64,000 nt of DNA from Sedimentisphaerales bacterium (GCA_963666285.1 OY762711.1); one strand, 5' to 3'; shown: positions 29,850 to 41,373, counted from the first letter of the stretch. Translations and numbers: made by a program. The notes: a model not told the origin generated them from the sequence alone.

Positions 29850-32324
29850 CTATTTTATTACTATTTCATTTATTGAACTCCAGTCACTATCACCATGGCC
29901 GTGACAAATAATACGTACGTGTGATGATTCATCTGTATTTGAAAATGGATAATACTCGTATCCCCCTTCGCTACGGCTATTACCTGAATACACATCTCTC
30001 CAGGTATTACTGTCAGTAGAAGTTTGCACTTCAAAAGAATAGCTTCTGGTACTGCCGTTATACCAGCATATTTCAATGCCGGTAACCTCTCTTGAAGATG
30101 GCAATTCGCAAGCGATCCATACATTTTCCTGGTCGCTGGCCCAGCGAGTTTCGAGATCATTATCAAATGCATTTGCCGGACCATTACCCGCCTGAGCATT
30201 TGAGGCACTATACACGCCCTCTACCACAAGGCCCCCGCGAGCAATGAGCAGCTTTTCTAATGCTTCCTCCGATGTATCATATGTCCATACAGCTTTATCG
30301 GTAAATACTTTGCCCTTATAAGAACCGCTAACTACAATCTCATTATCACCTTCGTTCAATTCAATATTATTCCATATTGCAATTTTGTGGTCATCAGGCT
30401 GCACCGAGCCGCAATCTGTACCATTAACCAGCAAACTGACTTCAGACAGATTTGTATAAACCTTAACTATTGTATCAGCGTCAACTCTTACCAAATTTCG
30501 TTTACTGGTCAAATGTAAAACCGGCCCAGTAGACCAGTTTGCCTTATAAAAGTAAAAAGCGTCCTTTCTGTTTTTTCTATCATGAGTAACCAATCCTTTA
30601 TCGTTCACACCGGGTGCGGCACCTTCATCACGAGAATCACTGGAAAAATCAAACATATTCCATACAAAACTACCCCAACACCCCGGAGTATTATATATAT
30701 CTTCATAATGACATTCATGCAAATATGCCTGCCATTGCTCCGGATGCCAGTGGCCGCCGGGAGATATTCTTTGCAGCAACTGATCCTGATGCAAAATAGA
30801 ACCACCGGCTCCATACTCGCTTACTGCAATACCCCTATTATTACCAGATTCATTATACTGATCCATCGCCTGGTCCATTTCATCCGGTTCCATGTTATAC
30901 CATCCAGGATATTTATTATAAGCTAACAAATCAGTAATATTATTTAACTCTTCTATTCTATGGTTAGTAGCCAGGACTGTTAATCGATATGGATCTTCAT
31001 TTTTTGCCACATCGTTAAGTTCATTCAACAAAGGAATAGGGTCATCTGTCTGCTGATGATACATTTCATTACTTAAGCTCCAGGCAAAAATGGAAAAATG
31101 ATTATAATTTTGCATTATCATTTCCATTAACTGCTGTCGAGCATTAGAAGCAAAACCGGAGTCATGCGTAATTTGATTCACCAGCGGAATTTCAGCCCAT
31201 GCCATAATGCCAAGCTGATCGCATATTTCATATGAAAGCCAGGCATGAGGATAATGCGCCATTCGAAGAGTATTAGCCCCGATTTCATTTATCAACTTAT
31301 AATCTTCAAAAATATCATCATCAGAAAGTGCTGCACCTTTGCCTTCACGATCATAATGACAGTTAACGCCTCGTAATTGATAAGACTGACCGTTCAGAAA
31401 AAAACCATTGTCTGGGTCAACACTATAATACCTCAAGCCAACACGCTTATTATATTCATCAACTTTATCACCATCATGCTGCAGCTCAACTTTAACTGTA
31501 TATAAATATGGATCCTCAACACCATGCCAAAGATGGGGCTGATTTATTGTTACTTCAGTTTCAATCGGAACTACTGTTCCCGCACCGGCTATAGCACTTT
31601 TGTATCCTTCGGCAACAACTTTATCATTCACATCAGCGATTGCTACCCTAATTCTGACATTAGCATGTGCTGTACTGCCATTATCAGCCAGAACACGAAT
31701 ACCCAATTTTGCATTTGCACTATTAACATTCTTTTGAGATATATAGACTCCCGGTGAAGCGTAATCCATAGGAGAAATACATAATATGTTTTTCGAAATA
31801 ATCTCAACCGGCCTGTGAATGCCGCCAAAGATAGTAAAATCACCTGATAAAGGCGCAACATCAGGACGATATGAATTATCGGCACGCACATATAACTCAT
31901 GATCTTGATTTTCATGGAGAAAATCTGTCAACTCAAAACAAAATGCGGTATATCCTCCTAAATGACTGCCAACTTCATCACCGTTTAGATAGACATCAGC
32001 TTCTGTACCCACAGCATTAAAACGAATAAATGTGCGTTTATCAGTATTTATCTGATTCTGTTTAATAATAGTTTTGTACCAGCCAGGACCGCGGTAATAT
32101 GTATCTCCATCCTGACCATCAGCAGCATTCCAAGTATGGGGAACCGTAACATCAGTCCAGCTTACACTATTATCAGCAACATCAATATCGCCTTTAACAA
32201 ATTTCCAATCGGTAATCCGCTGTAATTCCCCACTTTCTACAAAAGTACTACCAAATGCTATGACACAAACCCCGCAAAGTACACAAAAAATGGTACAACC
32301 AGTAACAATCATATTTCGCTTCAT
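29850..32324 (-). CDS. GH2 beta-galactosidase-like enzyme with C-terminal F5/8 type C (CBM32-like) domain
   Basis: VPHTWNA, GGYTAF, GGIHRPV, RMAHYPH, WSLSNE, SEYGAG, WNMFDF, NDKGLVT; C-terminal AFDNDLETRW. Confidence 0.9.
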   Translation of the reverse strand: MKRNMIVTGCTIFCVLCGVCVIAFGSTFVESGELQRITDWKFVKGDIDVADNSVSWTDVTVPHTWNAADGQDGDTYYRGPGWYKTIIKQNQINTDKRTFIRFNAVGTEADVYLNGDEVGSHLGGYTAFCFELTDFLHENQDHELYVRADNSYRPDVAPLSGDFTIFGGIHRPVEIISKNILCISPMDYASPGVYISQKNVNSANAKLGIRVLADNGSTAHANVRIRVAIADVNDKVVAEGYKSAIAGAGTVVPIETEVTINQPHLWHGVEDPYLYTVKVELQHDGDKVDEYNKRVGLRYYSVDPDNGFFLNGQSYQLRGVNCHYDREGKGAALSDDDIFEDYKLINEIGANTLRMAHYPHAWLSYEICDQLGIMAWAEIPLVNQITHDSGFASNARQQLMEMIMQNYNHFSIFAWSLSNEMYHQQTDDPIPLLNELNDVAKNEDPYRLTVLATNHRIEELNNITDLLAYNKYPGWYNMEPDEMDQAMDQYNESGNNRGIAVSEYGAGGSILHQDQLLQRISPGGHWHPEQWQAYLHECHYEDIYNTPGCWGSFVWNMFDFSSDSRDEGAAPGVNDKGLVTHDRKNRKDAFYFYKANWSTGPVLHLTSKRNLVRVDADTIVKVYTNLSEVSLLVNGTDCGSVQPDDHKIAIWNNIELNEGDNEIVVSGSYKGKVFTDKAVWTYDTSEEALEKLLIARGGLVVEGVYSASNAQAGNGPANAFDNDLETRWASDQENVWIACELPSSREVTGIEICWYNGSTRSYSFEVQTSTDSNTWRDVYSGNSRSEGGYEYYPFSNTDESSHVRIICHGHGDSDWSSINEIVIK

Positions 32325-32400
32325 CTTAACACCTACTTAATACTTCTATATCATTCATCTATAATTAGTTGAGTCATAAGGACTTAAATGTCAATTGCTA

Positions 32401-34008
32401 TTATTCTGTAAATCCGTAATACAGATACAAAGCACCATAAGTCCAGTTTGCACCTTTCATGCCGGGATAATTCAATCTATCCATAGTAAGCGACAGATAA
32501 GGTGCAGAATAACCTTCCGGCAATGGAACTACATTAGGCCATATTCTAGTACCGCTTCGTTTAACCCATGGCGGCAGGTACATATCAAGTGTTCCTGCCG
32601 ATTTAAGATCCGGATATGAATACACATAAACTTTTCTATCCGAACTGCCAAACAAGACATATCGTCTGTCACCAAATCTCTGAATCTGAGTTCCAGTACT
32701 GTTTACTGACACCGGCCCTGCTACCAGCGTATACTGACCATCCCAGGTATCAGATTCTCTAATAACAGCTTTATAGCCTTTACAGTTTTCACAAAGCACC
32801 ATACGCCATTTACCGGCATCCGAATCATAAATACACTGCGGGTCTTCATAATCTCCTACTAAACCTGTTGCTTTGGCGTTCATTATTGAAATACCTTGTA
32901 ATGGAGATTTATCACTATGAACTGCCCAGAGTTCTTTTTTTTCTTTTTTATCCGGATCACCATAAGCTGAAAATCCGGTAGTAAAGCCACGCCACTGGCT
33001 TGCTTTTCTATCAAAGAAAATATTTGAAGCCAGATCATTTCTAAGCAGACCATCAGAACGGTCAAATAATATTATACCTTCAAATTGAATATCAAATACA
33101 GAAGGATTAAAACTAAAAACACCTTGTAATGGATGGGGCAACCCGCGCCCACGGAGAGTTGACAATACCCAAAGCCTGTCATCTTTGAAATATGGCGAAC
33201 CATCTTCATAAGTTACAAATCGTAAATCCGCCTGACCAATACCTGGTGATAGAGATGCCGTTAACCGGTCAATCTCGACAGCAGCTCCTGCATAAAGCAT
33301 ACTGTGCAAGCAAAACTCAAAATGCCGCATTAAGTTTTTTTTTCGCAAATCGAAATGTTTTACAAATTCAAAAGTTCCTATAAGTGAAATATTCTTATTC
33401 TGCTCTATAAATATATTTGCACCAACGGCAAGCATTTGAATTTTCAATGTAAGAGGTTTGTCACATCTTACAGCTTCTGTCAGTAGATATTTCTTTACAT
33501 CTACTTCAGCTCCATTTTTGGTAATTGTACTATTAATAGAGTCGAATACATTATTACTCCCCACCAAGGTAATACTGATACTACTATCTGAATCTGCATC
33601 TCTAAATATAATACCAACCTGCCCAGTCCCGGTAAACTTACTTAATGTAATATCATATACCGCAAAAGGGGTAAAGCTTCCAGCCCAGCGAGTAACGACA
33701 GAGTACTTCTCAGAACTCATAGCTAGTTTGCCATCTCTTATCTTTAACTCAAGATTACCGGAGTTCTCACCTACTCTTGGATGCATAACATCAAGCCCTA
33801 CAATCTTCGATGGATCAAGACCGGCAAGTGGAATATCCTGAGAAGAATCAAAAATCATTCTTTTAACTGCCTGACGACGAAAATGTATCTGATCAGGTGA
33901 TATTGGATCAGCATAAATACCGCTAGAATGGCAACTAAAGAATACAATTAAACATAAATGAGTCAATACCTTACAAATTTTTATATTAAACATATAGCTA
34001 CACCACAA
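32401..34008 (-). CDS. Secreted hypothetical protein with possible C-terminal propeller domain
   Basis: 535-aa ORF with a signal-peptide-like N-terminus inside the carbohydrate cluster; GDYEDP motif reminiscent of five-bladed GH propellers. Confidence 0.6.
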   Translation of the reverse strand: MWCSYMFNIKICKVLTHLCLIVFFSCHSSGIYADPISPDQIHFRRQAVKRMIFDSSQDIPLAGLDPSKIVGLDVMHPRVGENSGNLELKIRDGKLAMSSEKYSVVTRWAGSFTPFAVYDITLSKFTGTGQVGIIFRDADSDSSISITLVGSNNVFDSINSTITKNGAEVDVKKYLLTEAVRCDKPLTLKIQMLAVGANIFIEQNKNISLIGTFEFVKHFDLRKKNLMRHFEFCLHSMLYAGAAVEIDRLTASLSPGIGQADLRFVTYEDGSPYFKDDRLWVLSTLRGRGLPHPLQGVFSFNPSVFDIQFEGIILFDRSDGLLRNDLASNIFFDRKASQWRGFTTGFSAYGDPDKKEKKELWAVHSDKSPLQGISIMNAKATGLVGDYEDPQCIYDSDAGKWRMVLCENCKGYKAVIRESDTWDGQYTLVAGPVSVNSTGTQIQRFGDRRYVLFGSSDRKVYVYSYPDLKSAGTLDMYLPPWVKRSGTRIWPNVVPLPEGYSAPYLSLTMDRLNYPGMKGANWTYGALYLYYGFTE

Positions 34009-34076
34009 ATGAATTATCAGGATGTTATTGTATTCTTTACATGTTTGCCTACTATTTAGTAAACCACTAAAATTAA

Positions 34077-34113
34077 TAAAACTGGCCCGAGCTCAGTTGC
34101 CGGACCAGTTTTT
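34077..34113 (-). terminator. Terminator-like hairpin
   Basis: AAAACTGGCCCG...CCGGACCAGTTTTT stem with A/T tails, downstream of 34136-36445. Confidence 0.55.
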
Positions 34114-34135
34114 AACTAAATTTAATTATACTAAA

Positions 34136-36445
34136 TTAGAAACCATTTGCCAACCAGTTACTCGCCATAGCAGCAAAGTCAACCAGATCAACCACACAAT
34201 ATGAGGCTGATGTGTTATCAAAATTATATTCATTGCCAACAAATTCATGGTTACTACAAGGTGTAACACCTAACTCGTTTAGCATAGCATATTCATCAGC
34301 AATATCATCGCCAGATATTTCATAATTATAAATCCGAACTTCATCTATTGCACCAACCATAAATCCGCCAAGCATATGACGATTAGGCTGACCGTTACGA
34401 TAAGCACCGATCAGGTTACTTAATTCCCAAGGTACAAAGTTATTAGGATATGACTGAGAGTTCTGCGCAACCAGTTCACCGTTAATATAAACTTTAACTG
34501 TATTATTTGACCAGGTAGCGCTAAACATATGCCAATATCCATCATAAAATGAATAACCATCCATATATGAGTAACTGCCTTTTGCCTCACCTAGATATTC
34601 CCAGGAATCATCACGAACGATAATTCTTGCGGTATCATCATCGCTTAAATCCATAGCAAAATGATTTCCACCGGAATTATTACCATTTGCAATCACAACA
34701 GAACCATAGTCTAATTTAGCCCAGCAAAGAATAGAACCTTCATCCAGACCACGTCCTAAACCTACCCTGTCAAAATTCTCATCATCACGAATATCACCTA
34801 ATGTATCAAGAGGACCGGCTTTAGGATAACCTTCTGAATCCAGATCAATATATTCATCACCGTCAAGATACAAAGCACTACCTTTAATACCTTCCACTAT
34901 TGTTGGTTCAACTGTTATAGCAACATAAATGTTCGGATCATTTGCAGGAACAGTTTTAACTTCAGCCGCATCTCTTAATGTCCCAACTTCAGATGCAAAT
35001 TCACCGGTATCTTTCATCGGATCCTCTGAATTATCAAATGTATATTCTGACAATAACTTCTTAATTCTAACTAAACGTGTAGCTGTCTGTACATCATCAC
35101 TCGTTACAGTTGTACTAGCTACTGTATTCAATATACAATAATATTTGCCTTCATCATCCAAAGTTGGATTAGCAATAGATAAAGTAGCTGTTCCATCGCC
35201 AACAGTATCAGTAAATGCCACACTTATATCGCCACCAACTTCCAGCTTAACATCATCTTTATACCAGTCAGCTGCAACTACCGGATTCTTCGTTGTGTTA
35301 AATGAAACTGTAAATTCGACAACAGCGTCTGTTTCAAATGCACGCGCATCTACAGGCTGCTCAGTTATTACTGCAATCGAAGGTAGCGTTTCAAAAGACC
35401 ATGTCTCACCAACCAGACAATAATTTGGATCAACATCATCCAAAGTATTTGCCATAGAGAAGTTGTGAGAATGCCCATCAAGAGCATCTACTACTGTCCA
35501 GTAATAAACCGTATCATAATCCAGAGAAACGGTAAATTCAGATTCAACTAATTCTGTACCAGGATCACCAAGCTGACCGAAAAAGTATTGATTATCTGTA
35601 TCTGTACCAATAAATACAAACTCTTCAACTATATCAGAGTCGATATCGTAAATAGCCTCTGTATCAATCGCTGGTTTCCATTTCAAAGTCACATCTACAA
35701 CATTACTGTTTGCAACCTGGCTTACTGATTCATCATAAGGAATATACAATAAATCACCCATATGAATATTGTCAATATACAGATTTTCCGGTGGTGCATA
35801 ATTGCCAATACCTAGCAAAGCGACAAGATCACCTACAGACCCTGAACTTGCATTACGAAATGAAGAACCATAAGCAATCAAAGAGGCGTTCTTAAATATA
35901 GGCTCATCTTTTGCCATATATGCATCATAAGTATCATTTTCCTGGTCTATTATCGCCCAGACATGATACCAGGTCTCAAGATCAATAACAGTTGTATAAG
36001 AGGCTGAACCATTACGAACATAAATATTTGCCTGCCCATCTCCAGATCCGGTACTATCTCCAAAACCAAACTGTACTTCAAAATCACCATAACCATAGGA
36101 TGTCGAGGAATCTCCATCCCTATCTGAAAGGCCAAAGCTGTTATTAACATCCTCACTTACCATATAGACGCTAAAGAACAATACCGTACCCGTTGTATTA
36201 TCAGCTACAGTATCAATATTATTGTTAAATACACCTCGCGCACCGCTATCAAAACCAAAAATTAATACCTGGTTACCTGTACCGTCATCAACAATCTTAG
36301 TTGTACCGGTATTTGTAACTGCTGTCCATGGCGGAGAAGCTACTAATCTAGTTAAGCCAGTATTATAAGATTCAAAGTCATCCACAAGCTTTGCCTGACA
36401 CGCAACAGATAAAACCATCAATAAAGAAATTACAATTTTTTTCAT
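34136..36445 (-). CDS. Secreted Ig + LamG protein with N-terminal lectin-like domain and dockerin-like C-terminus
   Basis: Signal peptide; DDFESY N-domain; WYKD...EGKYYC; GAIDEVRIYN; CVVDLVDFAAMASNWL. Confidence 0.78.
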   Translation of the reverse strand: MKKIVISLLMVLSVACQAKLVDDFESYNTGLTRLVASPPWTAVTNTGTTKIVDDGTGNQVLIFGFDSGARGVFNNNIDTVADNTTGTVLFFSVYMVSEDVNNSFGLSDRDGDSSTSYGYGDFEVQFGFGDSTGSGDGQANIYVRNGSASYTTVIDLETWYHVWAIIDQENDTYDAYMAKDEPIFKNASLIAYGSSFRNASSGSVGDLVALLGIGNYAPPENLYIDNIHMGDLLYIPYDESVSQVANSNVVDVTLKWKPAIDTEAIYDIDSDIVEEFVFIGTDTDNQYFFGQLGDPGTELVESEFTVSLDYDTVYYWTVVDALDGHSHNFSMANTLDDVDPNYCLVGETWSFETLPSIAVITEQPVDARAFETDAVVEFTVSFNTTKNPVVAADWYKDDVKLEVGGDISVAFTDTVGDGTATLSIANPTLDDEGKYYCILNTVASTTVTSDDVQTATRLVRIKKLLSEYTFDNSEDPMKDTGEFASEVGTLRDAAEVKTVPANDPNIYVAITVEPTIVEGIKGSALYLDGDEYIDLDSEGYPKAGPLDTLGDIRDDENFDRVGLGRGLDEGSILCWAKLDYGSVVIANGNNSGGNHFAMDLSDDDTARIIVRDDSWEYLGEAKGSYSYMDGYSFYDGYWHMFSATWSNNTVKVYINGELVAQNSQSYPNNFVPWELSNLIGAYRNGQPNRHMLGGFMVGAIDEVRIYNYEISGDDIADEYAMLNELGVTPCSNHEFVGNEYNFDNTSASYCVVDLVDFAAMASNWLANGF

Positions 36446-36523
36446 TTTAGATCCTCCAAAAAAAAGTGTTAATAAAGTTTTCCAAAACCAATGCTTATGC
36501 TACATCGCATTAACAAATTACGT

Positions 36524-39316
36524 TTAATTATTACTATCAACAAGCCAGTCACCGGCAAAAATATCCAGATCTAGCATATCTACAATTCCATCTGAATCAA
36601 AATCTGCCGAAGGGACAAAAGCAGCTTCTTCCAGCCACTGCTCAGAAAGATAGCTAAAGTCGTCCAGATCAACAATACAATCCATATTCAAATCCGCCAT
36701 ATATTCCCCAGGCGCACACCCGATAATTGAGACATTATCAAAAACCGCACCATTAATTTTAACGGTGCTATGAGAACATACCGCTAGTCCGACATTAAGA
36801 TAGTCACCACTAATACCAGGCATACTACTGCCCATTAAAATCCAGGTATTGCCATCATAAGAGAAATAACAGTAAAACCTATTACCTAACCTTCTTATTT
36901 TCAGCCAGATATTATCAGTATCCGTATCAATTGTACTTAAAGATTGAGCTGTCTCACCACTACCACTTCGAACCACATACTGCAACGCCCCATCACCACA
37001 ATAAGACAACATTACCATTGCTGCATCATTTGTAAGCCCGTCACGAAACATAATGGCAGCTTTATCGTCAGAACTGGTATAATCATTTGATACAAATCTC
37101 GCTGAAATCTGACCATCGCCGTACAATTCTCTATATACATAGTGAAAACTATCTTCATCATCCCAGACATCACTGCCAGAACCATTTATCGAAAATGTTC
37201 CTTCATTATATCTGGCATTGCCGGCAAAACTTACATCTCCAATATCTGTGCTTTTCCACGGCCTGGGCAACTCACCATTTGATATCTGAAAGCACATAAT
37301 ACCGTCAAACCTGGCTGTCACACTCTCTGTAAACAGGCCAATTTGTGATTCAGGAAATTCTATTTCATAAGACATGACTTCCTGACCATCAATGAAGAAA
37401 TAGAACCTATCGTATAATTTTACAACACGTAGATTGTAGCTATTGGCACTACTAATTGGAACGAACTGACTAGCTAAAGCCTGACCGTTGAGCATCCCGG
37501 AAACCACAAATTGATTTTCAGCCAGGTCGAAACCGGCTTTAATATAATTATCCTGATCTATTACTGCAGCATAGATACCTGCAATCCCGTCTTCCTGCCA
37601 ACTGGTATAAACCTGGGTAGAAAATTCATATTGATGCATTAGATTACCCTTAAATATTCTACTATATTTGCTAAGGGTAAATAAGCCATCGCCTCCAACT
37701 GCCCACAATCCTTGACGACTGATATCCAGGCCATCGCCCCAACCTCTTATACCTTCATCAAATTCATCCCAGCCGATAGTGTAAATAACACCATCATAGT
37801 AAGCGGCTGCATGGTCTGCATATAAGCCGGGAATACCATCTCCAGCAAAATCAGTTTCGATATTAGCAAAATCCGGCGGCAACACATCATCAATCAATAC
37901 GCGAAACGCATTCCCATTTTTTTCAACGCGAATCTTATGATAAACTGAATAATCAAAATCTCCGTCAAATGAGCCGGCGCAAACAATCTGATCCGTTAAG
38001 TCAGTCTTTATCCGGCAATACCAGTTATCTAAATTATTGTCAGAACTGCGGTCCATACCTATTAACATCCAGTTATTTGCATCTTTGTAATATGCTACAA
38101 CTCCGGCCTTATCTTCTACATCTCTGTCCTGATCAAATTTCATATTAGCTTCAAATAAATAATTTGTTGCAGGTTCGCGATTAGCCAGGTTAAAACTGAA
38201 GCATTCCTGACTGCTCTGATACGCCTGATATTCTTCAACCTGCCAGTTCCCTTCATTCAATCCGGGAGACAACTCCAGCCAGTCAGACTCAGGTAATGGA
38301 CCATCTGGCAGATAAAATAAACTTCTTAACTGCGGCTCTACCGGCCCGGGGTGATAGCCAGGGAAAAGACTGATAGTAGGACCATCTACATAGAGATGCG
38401 TATCAAAGAAGTGTACCCGGTCTATACGCTGTGTCCTGCCGTTGCCTGTAACTCTTGGTTCTTTGGCAAAATAGCCTATCCATTTTTCAAAGCCATTTAA
38501 TCCTTCTATCAGCCATGGTTGGCCAATTGTTTTGATTCTATATTCGGTACCTTCATGCGTATAATACTTCATTGTGAGAACAGGGTCAGGATATTTACCG
38601 GAATTTGAGAACCCATTCGGAGAATCAGCCTCTACGCAGCCGATTGCATATTCTGCCGCTCGGGTATGATTGCCGTTATACAGCATATAATATCTATCAC
38701 GATATCTGAACACAAACGAACCTTCATTAATTTTCTCATCAACCAGCTCCCAATCATATATTGGCCAGATCTGAACATCCGGACTGCTGGTAAGGGTATA
38801 ATAATCACTCATTGTACGATAATCATTATGATTATTACTGACACCACCAAACCTGGTACTATAATAATGTAAAGAGCCGTCCAGATCCTTGAATGTTTTG
38901 ACATCAATACAACTGGTTTCAAAAGGTGCATCTACAGGTTCTGTATATGGCCCCGTAACACTATCACTTATAGCATGAACAATTTTTTGGTCCATATGGG
39001 CGTATAAATGGAATACACCATTGTCATAAGCAATATGCGTGCCATGAATATCTTTGTCACGATCATCATACCTTTGCTCATACCAGGTATTATCCCAGGA
39101 AAAGATATGCATACGCTCTCCCCATTCAGTAAGGTTACGAGATTGATACATATCGCCACTCAGCCAGTTTCCGGTAATATAATATTCACCATTATACTTA
39201 ATAACATCACAATCATTAATTGATGTATCATAACTGAATGGATTATCTACCGCTTTACCGCTTGAATTTATAAACAATAAAACAGTAGCCAGTATAAAAA
39301 TATATTTAGCTTTCAT
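36524..39316 (-). CDS. Secreted GH43-like glycoside hydrolase with accessory domains and C-terminal dockerin-like domain
   Basis: INDCDVIKYNGEYYI, CIDVKTF and INEGSFV propeller motifs; DLNMDCIVDLDD and DFDSDGIVDMLD. Confidence 0.75.
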   Translation of the reverse strand: MKAKYIFILATVLLFINSSGKAVDNPFSYDTSINDCDVIKYNGEYYITGNWLSGDMYQSRNLTEWGERMHIFSWDNTWYEQRYDDRDKDIHGTHIAYDNGVFHLYAHMDQKIVHAISDSVTGPYTEPVDAPFETSCIDVKTFKDLDGSLHYYSTRFGGVSNNHNDYRTMSDYYTLTSSPDVQIWPIYDWELVDEKINEGSFVFRYRDRYYMLYNGNHTRAAEYAIGCVEADSPNGFSNSGKYPDPVLTMKYYTHEGTEYRIKTIGQPWLIEGLNGFEKWIGYFAKEPRVTGNGRTQRIDRVHFFDTHLYVDGPTISLFPGYHPGPVEPQLRSLFYLPDGPLPESDWLELSPGLNEGNWQVEEYQAYQSSQECFSFNLANREPATNYLFEANMKFDQDRDVEDKAGVVAYYKDANNWMLIGMDRSSDNNLDNWYCRIKTDLTDQIVCAGSFDGDFDYSVYHKIRVEKNGNAFRVLIDDVLPPDFANIETDFAGDGIPGLYADHAAAYYDGVIYTIGWDEFDEGIRGWGDGLDISRQGLWAVGGDGLFTLSKYSRIFKGNLMHQYEFSTQVYTSWQEDGIAGIYAAVIDQDNYIKAGFDLAENQFVVSGMLNGQALASQFVPISSANSYNLRVVKLYDRFYFFIDGQEVMSYEIEFPESQIGLFTESVTARFDGIMCFQISNGELPRPWKSTDIGDVSFAGNARYNEGTFSINGSGSDVWDDEDSFHYVYRELYGDGQISARFVSNDYTSSDDKAAIMFRDGLTNDAAMVMLSYCGDGALQYVVRSGSGETAQSLSTIDTDTDNIWLKIRRLGNRFYCYFSYDGNTWILMGSSMPGISGDYLNVGLAVCSHSTVKINGAVFDNVSIIGCAPGEYMADLNMDCIVDLDDFSYLSEQWLEEAAFVPSADFDSDGIVDMLDLDIFAGDWLVDSNN

Positions 39317-39338
39317 TTACTCTTTCCATCTCTCTAAA

Positions 39339-40481
39339 CTATTTTTCAACTATTATACTTTTAATTAAATCTACTTCATCCTGATCATAAGCTGTACCGT
39401 CCGGTCTTATTATATCATGGAACCATATTTCCGGCTCAGCAGTATATTCTTTCTGCCATGATTCCCATGGATACTGCGTCTGAATTTTGCCTGCTACAAA
39501 GCCCCAATTATAAGATCCTATCTTATTAGCCTTAAAGTAAGGTAAATGCTCCTGAAAAGTACTGTCTGCTGTTCTTGCCATGAACTCCGTACATAGTAAC
39601 GGACGACCAAAAGGCTTTATCGAACCAACCCGTTCTTTCATCCGATCAATACTATGATATCCATGAAAGGTAATAACGTCAGAATTTGCCAGCATAAACC
39701 TGTTTATCTCCGTTGCTTTTGGACCTACCCATTCGTTCACCCAGACTCCTGCTGTTAATGGCTGGGATGGGTTTATCTCCCGAGCCCAGATAAACATCTT
39801 TCTAAGCATAATAAGACCTATGTCTTCTTTTTCCTTTAACGAAATCCCATCTTCGCCATTACGGTTACCAGGTTCATTATATAAATCCCAGATTAACACT
39901 CGCGGGTCGTCCTTGAATCTGCCAATAATTCCTTTATAATAACCTTCAAGAGTGTTTTGCTTTTTGATATCAGTTAAAATATCAATATGAGGAGACTGTA
40001 CCCAGCCGGAATTATGAACATGTGGCTTAGGGTCCGGTTGTATACCTAATTGAGGTCGAGGGTTCCATACACTGTCGCAAAGAACAAACATTATTCGTAT
40101 TTTATATTTGTTAGCAACAGCAAGAAATTGATCTATACGTTTTATCAAACCTTCACTGTCCTGCTGCCAGAGCAGATCATGCAGAAAAACGCGATGGGTA
40201 TTCATGCCCATCTCGGCTGACCAACCAAGTTCTCTTGAAATAGTCTCCAGGTCAAATGTCTCAGGCTGCCACATTTCCAATTGGTTGATCGCCGAAGATG
40301 GTGTAAAGTTAGTCCCAACAAGCCAGGGCTGATTAGCATACCATTTTTCTGCTTTTCCTACGGTCCATTGTCCTGGAATCGTAATTTCAGAATTTCCGGC
40401 AATAACAGAATCATTCAATAATGTCATTACTAAAGTAATAAAAACAAACCTGACTAATAAATTCATGCAATAATCCTTCAC
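39339..40481 (-). CDS. GH5-like (clan A) glycoside hydrolase
   Basis: NQLEMWQ, GMNTHRVFLH, WDLYNEP (acid/base), FHGY, CTEFMAR (nucleophile), NWGFV. Confidence 0.85.
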   Translation of the reverse strand: MKDYCMNLLVRFVFITLVMTLLNDSVIAGNSEITIPGQWTVGKAEKWYANQPWLVGTNFTPSSAINQLEMWQPETFDLETISRELGWSAEMGMNTHRVFLHDLLWQQDSEGLIKRIDQFLAVANKYKIRIMFVLCDSVWNPRPQLGIQPDPKPHVHNSGWVQSPHIDILTDIKKQNTLEGYYKGIIGRFKDDPRVLIWDLYNEPGNRNGEDGISLKEKEDIGLIMLRKMFIWAREINPSQPLTAGVWVNEWVGPKATEINRFMLANSDVITFHGYHSIDRMKERVGSIKPFGRPLLCTEFMARTADSTFQEHLPYFKANKIGSYNWGFVAGKIQTQYPWESWQKEYTAEPEIWFHDIIRPDGTAYDQDEVDLIKSIIVEK

Positions 40482-40507
40482 AAAATGATAAATATATAGA
40501 GAGTCTA

Positions 40508-40546
40508 TTCAGATGCCGCCAGAATCTAATCTGACAGCATCTGGAA
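40508..40546 (-). terminator. Intergenic hairpin
   Basis: Minus-strand CAGAUGCUGUCAGA-UUAGAU-UCUGGCGGCAUCUG stem-loop after the PEP-CTERM-like gene. Confidence 0.55.
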
Positions 40547-40584
40547 AGAAAAGGTTTTTAATTTAACATATTCCCCAGTATTAA

Positions 40585-41373
40585 CTACTTTATGCGGCGG
40601 ATTCTGCCGACAAAAGCTGTCCCAAAGACTGCAAGAACCAAAGCTCCAGGTGCCGGAACTGTACAAACATATTCACCAAGGCTTACATTGTCAATCCAAA
40701 CATCCTGTTGATCCTGGGCTTTATATCCTAACCCAAGCAATGCTACAAGATCTCCAACTTCTCCTGCTGAGGAATTACGAAAAGCTGCATCATCTGCGAT
40801 GAGAGTTGCTGATGATAATTCATCACCTGTGCTTAAATATGCATCATAGGTGTCATTTTCCTGATCAATAACAGCCCAAATGTTGTACCATGTCTTAATA
40901 TCAATCTCAGTTCCTATTCCGGCACTACCATTTCGAACATAAAGGTTAACCTTGCCATCACCATTAGTTCCGCCATCTATAAGTCCAAACTGTACCTCAT
41001 AGTCATTAAAACCAAATATTGTACTTGAATCACCATTTCTATCAGTAAGGCCAAAGCTATGGTTTATTCTTTCAGCATTAATATAAAGACTGAATGAAAG
41101 TAAATTATTTGTTGTATTATTGGCCACCGGATCAAATTTATTGCAAAAGACCCCTCGTAAGCCTTCACTCCACCCATATGCCAAAACTTGATTACCGGTC
41201 CCATCATCAAAAATATCTGCCTGCCCGGTATTAGTGATCGCAGTCCAAACCGAACCAGCAACATTCCTTACATTTGTTTGCGAACTAATATCATAGCTTT
41301 CAAAATCATCATTAAAACCTGCTCTACATAGTGCTGCACATACAATCAAAACAACCAATACTGCCTTGTTCAT
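40585..41373 (-). CDS. PEP-CTERM-like (VPAPG) anchored protein
   Basis: Signal peptide; C-terminal VPAPGALVLAVFGTAFVGRIRRIK; body is paralogous to the N-domain of 34136-36445. Confidence 0.82.
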   Translation of the reverse strand: MNKAVLVVLIVCAALCRAGFNDDFESYDISSQTNVRNVAGSVWTAITNTGQADIFDDGTGNQVLAYGWSEGLRGVFCNKFDPVANNTTNNLLSFSLYINAERINHSFGLTDRNGDSSTIFGFNDYEVQFGLIDGGTNGDGKVNLYVRNGSAGIGTEIDIKTWYNIWAVIDQENDTYDAYLSTGDELSSATLIADDAAFRNSSAGEVGDLVALLGLGYKAQDQQDVWIDNVSLGEYVCTVPAPGALVLAVFGTAFVGRIRRIK

